Below, piece by piece: positions 54,601 through 64,000 of a stretch of DNA of 64,000 nt. The translations under genes and the position numbers were made by a program. Each line of letters starts with the position of its first letter. The first letter of the stretch is position 1. Source of the DNA: Eledone cirrhosa (Eukaryota); NCBI GenBank assembly GCA_964016885.1, contig OZ024741.1, positions 227,602,001 through 227,666,000 of the forward strand, in the 5' to 3' direction. The notes beneath the pieces are model-generated. The model was not told the origin of the DNA. It saw only the letters and a program-made list of their open reading frames with translations, and searched no databases.

Positions 54601-56032
54601 ATTAGAACCAGTTCCTTATTCATTAATAGTGTAGTTGAATGCATTCCTGACTCGGCGACGTTAATCTCTGCGGGATTTGAACTTAGAACATAAGAGCCAG
54701 TACAAAGACTGCGAAGAATTTGTCTGACGCTTTATCGACTCTTCCAATCAATAGCCTGGCCGCAAGGAAATAAAATTCTTTCTGATTAGAGTGTCAATCC
54801 CAATAGACAATAATGTATCGACCCTGGAAAAATTATCCAAATAAAAAGATCTGGAAATGCTGAAGTATAACTACATAAATATTACTTTCAAAGTTTATTG
54901 ATCTTTACCTCATTTAATTAATGTACTGCAAATGTTCGCATTGACTGGCGATTATATAGTACATGAGTATCATAAACAGTATAATAGCCCTTTTCCCCTA
55001 CACACACGTATTAAAAGTGATAACTAAAACAACACAACAACAAAAAAAAACATATCATTCAGCCTAATGGCAAATGGGGAATGTGTGTTTCGAATTGATG
55101 GAAAAGGTTTAAAAAAATAGAGCGTGCAAACTTCACATTATCAGAAACAAATAAACGGGTACCCAACAGAAATGGTAATAATCTAGATAAAAATGAACCT
55201 GAATCCTCAAGTCTCGCAAATCAAACAGAAAAGATATAAGAGGACGCTAGTGGAATACGTTTCTATATTATATCCCTATTTCACTACTACACTCTTTCCG
55301 CGAAAGGAAGCTACAATATTCTCGCATAAAATTTGGAAAGAAAATATCCCTGACTTAAACGTAACGTTGGAATGCAACCGAGGAGTAAATTTAAGAAGAT
55401 ATATTCGCAAAACAAAAGAAATATCGGAAATCGAAATAGAACACTTAAAAAAGAATACAAAACAAAAATCGTGGTATGACTTTTCAGGAAAGACTAGTAT
55501 TACCTGTGCAAGAATGTGTGTGTCGGTATTTGTCTTATCTAGATATGTCTGCATAAAATGTACAATTAACAAAAGCAAATAGCACAGTGTGATCATCACA
55601 ACGAAGTATGAACGGAAGACGTAAACAAAGACAATGCTATGTAATACGCTAATCATGACCAACAATGCAAACAGCCATAAAATAGTTTATGAAGAATGGA
55701 TGTAGCGTGAGTTGAAAACTGCATGCTGCTACAAAGCTGTTTAACAGAAGCGTGAGAAGCGGCACACTGTCTAAAAACTAATACTACCCTCAACAAAAAT
55801 CCAATCCCAGTTGCGTACTGCTAGCATCCATCAAAATAAAGCGAACACCACATGAGAACTATTGACCAAATGATAATACATTGAAATGCTACACACGTAC
55901 TGCAAGGCAATATTACAGCATTACATTAACATACATAACCACCATTAAAATATGATGTATTATATTTTGAAAAGCAGAAAGAGATACAAGGTAGAAGTTG
56001 AACACAAATATCATTAGAAGTAACAATAATGA

Positions 56033-56234
56033 TTTCTACTATAGACACAAGGCCAGTAATTTTTTGTGGGAAAACGATTAAATCGACCCCAGTGCATTAC
56101 TTGTGCATATTTTATCGACCCCGTAAGGATGAAAGGCAAAGTTAACCTCGGCGGGATTTGAACTCAGTTAATAAAAGCCGTATCTCTATGCTTCAAAGCA
56201 TGGCGTCCGACTCTCTACCGATACTTCCAATCCA
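56033..56234 (-). mobile_element. SINE family A (long subfamily)
   Basis: Full head and core. Confidence 0.85.
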
Positions 56235-56954
56235 ATATTGATGATAACGTTGATGATGATAATGATGATACTGATAAGGATGGTGATGGTGAGGATGACC
56301 AACAGTAAATTTAAACAGTGCTATTTTAACAGGAAACATTTTTCAATACGCAGACTAACAAAACGCCGCACAATTATTTATTCATATATGGAACCTGAGA
56401 AGTCTTAAGGTGAATTAAATGGAAAAACTTAGAGCAATGCAGACCTTACACCTATTGATATAAGAAATGTCAGCAGAAAAATGAAAAATCATAAAATATT
56501 TTCCTCAACACCAGACTAACTTCTTTAACATGTCTCCTCTCACAAAGAAGTTACTTGTAAAGCAATGAAAGTTCTCTCCTGCGTCAGGATAGAACCTAAT
56601 CTCCATAGGAGCTTTTGCAAGCCAAATCTTGCCCAAACAAAGACAATCTTTTTACATTCTGTTGTTGCCAGTCACTAAAAACAATAGAACTATTCACGTA
56701 GCATTTTCTTATACATAGCCACATCCACAACTATGACATGGCCAGGCACACCTACCGCACGTTTGTACTTAGTTGCCATCCTATCTATATCTATATACAG
56801 TTTTTACACGTTCAGTATGTTGGTGTGGGAGAGGTGCACGTGTATATGTGTATCTAATGGCTGACTGAATAAACACGTGCTTTTTCTCAAAACATTTTCC
56901 CGTTCATTCCTCTTCTCACTCTATCTCTTTTTCATCTTTTATTTCTTATTCGAT

Positions 56955-56990
56955 CTTTTGATGAAAGACTATTTTACGAAACGTAATGAT
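56955..56990 (+). ncRNA. Degenerate minimal HHR relic
   Basis: TTGATGA-aagactattttac-GAAACGTA. Confidence 0.4.
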
Positions 56991-57402
56991 TCTTTTCCAA
57001 CTGTATCAAGCATTAAACTAATATGTTTCTTCATAGTAATGTGTTGTTTGATTTGTTGTTTCTTTTACTTTTTGCATACATAAATATGTGAGTGTATGTG
57101 TGTACAGAGTTATTTACACACTGTCTCCTAAATAGACATTCCGTTTAAACCCCGAAAATTTCGAAAGCAAACCATTCTACCTCAGTAAGGAGGGGGGGGG
57201 GGGGTATTTTGAACGGCAGCGTAACATGGTTATTTCTTATATTAATAAATCAACAACTATATGGATTGTGTTACTGTTATCATTGTGTAGTCCCGAATCA
57301 ACTACGATAGGGCTGATGCATGACACGTAGATAGAGAATCCACAGATCGACTAGCCCCACCACAAATATATCATCTCCACTTATCTGAGGACGATATTTT
57401 AT

Positions 57403-57593
57403 AATTGTTTCTACATTTTGGCACAAGGCCAGCAATTACCCAGTGCATTACTGGTACTTTATTTTATCGACCCCGTAAGGATGAAAGGCAAAGTTAACCT
57501 CGGCAGGATTTGAACTCAGACCGCAAAGGGGCGTAACTCTATGCTGCAAAGCATGGCGTCCGACCCTCTACCGATACTGCCAATCCACCTACC
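57403..57593 (-). mobile_element. SINE family A (short subfamily) with 12 bp TSD
   Basis: atattttataat at 57394-57405 and 57594-57605. Confidence 0.92.
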
Positions 57594-57734
57594 ATATTTT
57601 ATAATGAAGTTTGGCAAGATAGACTCAGTCGGAGGGCAGAGGCTTTTGTACTTGTTTACTTACAATTTGATACACACATCTTGAGCACTGTTTGGGAGCT
57701 AATGATACTACAATATCGTTGTTATTGTGGGTTG

Positions 57735-57938
57735 ACAGAATTGATAGACCACCGAATAAAATGCAATTAGAGTACTTATTATGGTACTTTAAGTTTAAGT
57801 TAAAGTCCGGCTGAGGTCAATTTGGACTTTCTTTCTTCCGGGATTGATAAAATAAAATACCAGTCAAGTATTGGTGTTGATTTAATCAACGCTGCACTTC
57901 ACCTAAAATTTACTAGCCTTGTGCTTAAATTAGAAATC
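57735..57938 (+). mobile_element. Old diverged SINE family A copy
   Basis: gataaaataaaataccagt..tagccttgtgcttaaattagaaa. Confidence 0.6.
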
Positions 57939-58270
57939 AATATTGTTGATTTGGACTGAGCTGAAAAGGTAATAGTTAAGAGTGGTATATAGGTGAGTTG
58001 TAGAGTGATGTTCAGATATTTTGTATATATTTCCGTTTCGATCGGAGTGATTGACTAGTAGTGTGAACATGCCCGGTTTAACTATTAAGCAGAATAAGTA
58101 CCTACTACGGCCACAAAATGGATGAAGACAGTACTGGATTTACAATGTTAGAAACGGGGCTGCTGAAATAGGGACCCGGAAAATGGGATGAAATTTTATG
58201 TTTTTCCTGTTGCCATAATAATAAATACATAATTTAGTTACATTCCTTACTGATATTATTTGTTATATAA

Positions 58271-58457
58271 GGGCGGTGGATTGGCAGTATCAGTAGAGGG
58301 TCGGACGCCATGCTTTCCAGCATAGTTACGTCCCTTTACGATCTGAGTTCAAATCCTGCCGAGGTTGACTTTGCCTTTCATCCTTACGGGGTCGATAAAA
58401 TAAAGTACCAGTAATGCACTGGGTATTTGCTGGCCTTGTGCCTAAAGTAGAAACAAT
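58271..58457 (+). mobile_element. SINE family A (short subfamily) with 16 bp TSD
   Basis: attatttgttatataa at 58255-58270 and 58456-58471. Confidence 0.92.
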
Positions 58458-58475
58458 TATTTGTTATATAAATGA

Positions 58476-58792
58476 ACACATACACACATGCACATAGAGA
58501 CATACAGACAGACAGACACATACACACACAGAGAGACACACATACAGACAGACAGACGCACACACACACAGACAGACAGACACATACACACACAGAGAGA
58601 CACACATACAGACAGACAGACGCACAGACACACATACAGACAGACAGACACACACACAGACACACACAGACACACACACAGACAGACACACACGCACACC
58701 CACGCACACAGATACACACAGACAGATAGACACACACACACGCATACAAATACACACAGACAGACACACACAGATAGACAGACACACCCACA

Positions 58793-58848
<56 letters not shown>
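58476..58848. repeat. Compound (CAGA)/(CA) microsatellite
   Basis: Direct reading. Confidence 0.95.
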
Positions 58849-58850
<2 letters not shown>

Positions 58851-59844
58851 GCAAGGGTGTTGCCTTAAAAAAGAACTGAATTTTAAAATCTATTATTGAA
58901 AGTTGAGAATTTCATGTTTCAAAATCTTGTCAGTTAGAAATGTGCCAAAGAGGTGTTCAAATAGTATCCTCTAGCTATATTTTAACCTCCTAGCTATATG
59001 AGCAATTTAAATTTAAATTTATTCAAATTTTGGAGATATGGGCCCCTTCTTTTTCCCAAAATTTAATTAGCAATTAATTATTGAGTATATATTTCCTTCT
59101 CTCCATTGCGAGAGTAATTTAATTTAATAAAGTAAGGAGTGCGGGACTGCGTCCAGAATATATATATTTTTTCCGATTTGTAAAATAAGTTAGATTACTT
59201 TGAATATATAATGAATGAATATTACATAATTTATCTACTAAATTTTGTTATTCTTGATTAAATATAAATAATTTTGTTGCTTATTTTAAGATTCACTTCT
59301 TTAAAATTTTCAAATGTCAACACTTCCGGTTAGCAATCGCTTAAATAAACATTCATATATTTCCATCACTAATTTTCTCCTAATGCAGTTTATATATAAT
59401 ATCGCCTTTTTTAATGTATCATGGATTACGTTACTGATTACATAAGAGAGTGTAATGCAGTCTTCGTTCAATTTCTGTTTATATTGTCAATTACGATGTT
59501 ATTTGATGAATCATATCTACATGTATATATACTTGCGTATAATATCAATATGCACACTACACATGCTAGCAGAAAACCACACGAAGGGTGGTTTTTCTGC
59601 TGTTTTAGCAGAAAAACCACCCTTTAATTGAAATACATGTATATTCAAGTGCCTTACGATATGTTCCTCGTATTATATATGTAAATATGTAACTGTTTCC
59701 CTTTCGCCCTGTGTTTTCATATATATATATATATATGTGTATATATATATTCGTCTGTCCGTTTTCTTTTTCAATGTCTTTGTCCTGTGAGGTCCCTATT
59801 TTGAATATATATATATATATATGTATACATACATAGTTACATAC

Positions 59845-59909
<65 letters not shown>

Positions 59910-59911
<2 letters not shown>

Positions 59912-60525
59912 ACATATGGTGGCTGCCACCTCGTTTTCGAGTACGGCCACTACTTTATATCCATGTAGGAGAACCCCTACCGATGCGCTGAACGAGTGTG
60001 ACTTTTTAGTCCAGCCAGCGACTTGAAAACTCTGGCACAAACACTACACTTGTGACAATTATTGACACATAGTGCTGGGCCCATGGTACCATGTGACGAC
60101 AAGTGCAGAGAGATCTCCAGATATAAAGCAATGCATGTGCCGTGAATCTTTTATAGTGAGCAAAGGCACTGCACAAAGCCAGTCCCACTCTCTTAACCAA
60201 GATGATATTTAATAAAAAGAAGAACAAGTCAACATCATTGGATACCATCAGGGTTGCAGGTGTTATATCAGAGTTTTCCTTCTCCTAGAATTCTGCCTTG
60301 ACAAAGGCTAAGGGGTCATCTCTCCCGGTGATTTTGGATGGTCATTGACGCTTAAGAGCTCCTTTGCCCTTTGACAGGTTTTGTTTTTAGTCCTGCAGGA
60401 TGTCCAAAGTCACCCTCCTCACCAAGAAACCTTGGTGGGGTTGCCAGTTTAGTCGCCAACGACCCGACCATGTGACAGGTTGCATTGGGATACATGTTAC
60501 CAGTAGCACCAACTGGTGACCTGAC
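59910..60525 (-). mobile_element. Probable 5' UTR fragment of an RTE-clade LINE
   Basis: ctaggagaaggaaaactctga and ggcgactaaactggcaacccc resemble RTE 5' UTRs (recognised from memory, no search run). Confidence 0.4.
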
Positions 60526-60559
60526 ATACAACATATACATACATACAAACATATGTATA

Positions 60560-60609
<50 letters not shown>

Positions 60610-60650
60610 CAACTGCCGATCTAGGTTCTACATATCTGCTTGTCAGCCTG

Positions 60651-60787
<137 letters not shown>

Positions 60788-61015
60788 CCCCTCAATTGCC
60801 TTAACTAGAACGTAAACAAATCTACACCAAACCTATGCTATCCACGAATTCAAGAGGGGGCAAACCTTAATTCTACAATCAACCTTACCCCACCAGACTC
60901 AAGACAGAAATCAAATTCAAACAGCTCCTTTATCGGACCCCAGCCGTGACAATAAAACCAAAACCAGTCTGCACTAATTATTGGTCGACATCATCTGACT
61001 GCATCCGTCGTATAC

Positions 61016-61019
<4 letters not shown>

Positions 61020-61080
<61 letters not shown>

Positions 61081-61480
61081 CACATACGTACGTACATACA
61101 TATACACATACAGACTCTCAGGCAAAAAGTATGTATGTATGTATATGTATGTATGTATGTATATATGTAGGTATGTATGTATATATGTATGTATGCATGC
61201 ATGTATGTATGTGTGTATGTATGTATATATGCATGTGTGTAAGTACATATATATCTATGCATGCATCTATGTATGTATATGTATGCATGTATGTATGTGT
61301 GTATGTATATATGCATGTATTTATATATGTATGCATGTATGTATGTATATATGTATATATGTATGTATGAATGAATGTATGCTTGCATGTATGCATACAT
61401 TCATACATACATTCATACATCCATACATTCATACATACATACATACTACATACATACATACATACATACATAAATATATA
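61020..61480. repeat. (GA)n, then (TATG)n switching to (CATA)n
   Basis: Strand switch at gtatgcatac ~61389-61398. Confidence 0.9.
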
Positions 61481-61874
61481 CGCAACATCACGCACGCAGA
61501 AAAACATGCAAACATACAATCATTAAGACACATACACACACTCACATACACATATATACACACACACCTTGAACATGTCCACATATCAGCCTTATATAGA
61601 GACAGTTATGTGCGGCAACGGTGTGGTGAGTCACCCTAAAATAATCTACACAGTATCAATGGCACAGTTACCGATTAGAAATCCTGATATCAAACGTAAC
61701 TCACCTGTATGTTTATAGATGTAGATTTGCATATGAATACACACAAACACACACATACACACACACACACACGCATACCACACGCACACACACTCACGCA
61801 CACATATCACTACACAGAACAAATACTTTATGGCTAAACGAGGTATATATAGATATATTCATATACACATAGGC

Positions 61875-61908
<34 letters not shown>

Positions 61909-62085
61909 GTGGGGGGGGGGGGTGTATGTGTGTGTGCGCGTGTTGAAACTGTTTACAGATGATATTTCAAACGTGGTTCAAATATATATATATATATATA
62001 TGCACACACACATACACATATGTGTATATTCATATATATATATATATATATACATACATACATATATATATATGTATATATATAT

Positions 62086-62350
62086 ATATTATTCAAAATG
62101 TTAACGAATGAAAAATATTCACATAATCAAAATATATACTTTATTATACATATTTCAAAGGTACTTAAACAACATAGTACATTTGAAATATGTATAAAAA
62201 AGTATATATTTTGACAATGTGAATAATTTTCATTTGTTAACATTTTGAATAATATTAAAAACTCCAGGAAAACCCCTACCTGTTGAGTGTTTCTAATCTA
62301 TTGTAAAATTGTATTCGTTGAGTAATCAACGAACCATACTAATCTTTGGT
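62086..62350 (+). mobile_element. Palindromic half-HHR element of the H1-like family (~80 bp imperfect arms plus tail) in (TA)n
   Basis: Arms 62086-62165/62176-62255; tail gagtgtttctaatctattgtaaaa matches H1 tail gagtgcttccaatctactgtaaaa. Confidence 0.8.
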
Positions 62351-62369
62351 CATATGTATATATATATAT

Positions 62370-62785
62370 TTCGTTTCTGAATTTGTTTAGCAAGATTCTT
62401 TATCTGAAAACGTGTGTTGAAACCGATATTGTTATACTTTGGGAGGATCATGTTGCCAATAAGAAACACACGCACCAGTGATTTCACTCCAATTTATTAT
62501 AAATTAAATTTATAAATTTAAGAAATTTGTAAATTTCCGGTGTTGAACAAAAGGGCAACGATGGTTGCCGAACACTGTACGGCTAATAATAAGGGCTGTT
62601 TGTTTACAAACAAACCGAGGATTATAATAAATGTTCGGTAAACCCATACGTACATATATATATGTATGCATGTATGTATATACATACTACTGTACGTCTG
62701 TATACATATATGTATGTACGTATACATACTTATATTTAAGTATCAGCCGTACTAAGAGTGAGAAAAGATTCATATTTTCCATTTA
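62370..62785 (+). mobile_element. Chimeric pLTR-like fragment: 38605-type segment fused to 31880-type segment
   Basis: 62370-62540 is similar to 38605-38760 and 2377-2490; 62540-62780 is similar to 32318-32570. Confidence 0.65.
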
Positions 62786-62805
62786 TATATATATATATAC
62801 GTATG

Positions 62806-62885
<80 letters not shown>

Positions 62886-63111
62886 AATAATGGAGCTGCG
62901 GCGCTGCAAATGGGTTACATATGAAAAAGTTTGTCCTCATCAGTGGCCATTCAACCGTCGTAGGCATTTCGTCGCATTAAAGGCCATATACCTCAGGTTG
63001 GTGCGTGCAACGGCTAAAAAAAAGTCGTTGGGACACGTAAATAAAGGGGACGCTAGGGTAAACAAACAAAATGGTTTAAGCAGCAGAAAGAGAGGAAGAA
63101 GGAAACAAGTC

Positions 63112-63145
<34 letters not shown>

Positions 63146-63509
63146 TGTATATATATATGTGTGTGCGTATGTATATATACGTGTCTGTCTCGTGCGGCTG
63201 CACGGACGTGTATCGGTGAGATACGTTCAAACAAAATAGATGAATTAAATAAAAAGTACTTTGCACTATTTGAACCGAGTTATTTCCCTTTTGACCAGCT
63301 TCACTTTGATATTTTGTTGTTTGGTAGATCGATACAAGTAGTGGAATCGACTGAACCATTTGAAACTAACGCTGAAGCATGTCCGCAGTCAAACTACTGG
63401 GACAAGTAAAATAATAATAATAACAGCTATGTTGTTAGACATAAATATAGTGATAAAAACAAGAAATATATTAATGATATCTGTTTGTTATAGATATTTA
63501 ATTGAGAGA

Positions 63510-63930
63510 TCCCCCATCTGGGGTACTACATGTGACACGTTCTCCGCCTCCAACTTAGTCGACCACAAACCCCTGTACTGCGGCCCGCAATGCCGAGGAA
63601 AGGATGACAAAGAAATATCGGGGATTGTCCGGCCGCTTCCTCTTCGCACCTGTTGATGTTGAGACCTCAGGCATAATTGGACCCCGTATGCCAAGCTCCT
63701 TCGCAAGATCGGGACGCCAGCGGCCTGTCTGAGGAAGTATCTACGCGAGGTGGTGTGGCTGTTACAGCGGGTGTCGCTGGCCATTTTCAGCGGGAATGCT
63801 TTTGCGGCCTTGTCCCGGGGCGCAGCCCCAATACCGCCGAAGCCTAGGCCCAGAGCCTATCACCCTTCCATTCCCCCGCCCATTCTTCGGTGACACTAGA
63901 GCCCTTGCCTTTTCCTTCCTTTTCTATTTT
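63510..63930 (+). mobile_element. 3' fragment of a CRE-clade non-LTR element (RLE domain)
   Basis: W.TTCDTFSAS, AARNAEE..KKY, FAPVDVETSG, LLQRVSLAIFSGNA. Confidence 0.75.
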
Positions 63931-64000
63931 CATAACAACAAAAGACACTTGAATATTCAATGTAACTCTAGTTTGTGTAGTGAGTACTGTGTTTATATAC

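Noticed and set aside
55193-55582. 129 aa ORF
   Set aside because: No recognisable motif or splice context.
60440-60525. HDV-like ribozyme at the RTE-like 5' end
   Set aside because: Could not assign P1 or P1.1 pairings by eye.

Overview
AT-rich, microsatellite-saturated eukaryotic DNA with no recognisable host gene. The SINE repertoire suggests a coleoid cephalopod such as Octopus (inference). Retroelements dominate. There are at least three lineages of Penelope-like elements (PLEs, RT plus GIY-YIG): a near-intact Naiad-type copy with a head-to-head inverted partial copy (33.0-38.5 kb), two deleted Neptune-type copies, and a third lineage at 3-5.4 kb. Also present are a degraded R4/Dong-type LINE, CRE/RTE/CR1 remnants, about 13 copies of a tRNA-derived Nin/Deu-domain SINE, and two long degenerate (GGT)n arrays. 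About 15 type I hammerhead ribozyme (HHR) motifs occur in PLE pLTR-like pieces embedded in (TA)n. Three structures stand out. (1) Two families of palindromic inserts have their symmetry axis in the loop of HHR stem II, with the CUGANGA half replaced by a mirror of the GAAA half. (2) A ~3 kb inverted duplication spans several unrelated elements. (3) A hairpin inside that duplication has its core flipped between the two copies. All coordinates were read by eye and are approximate to a few bases.
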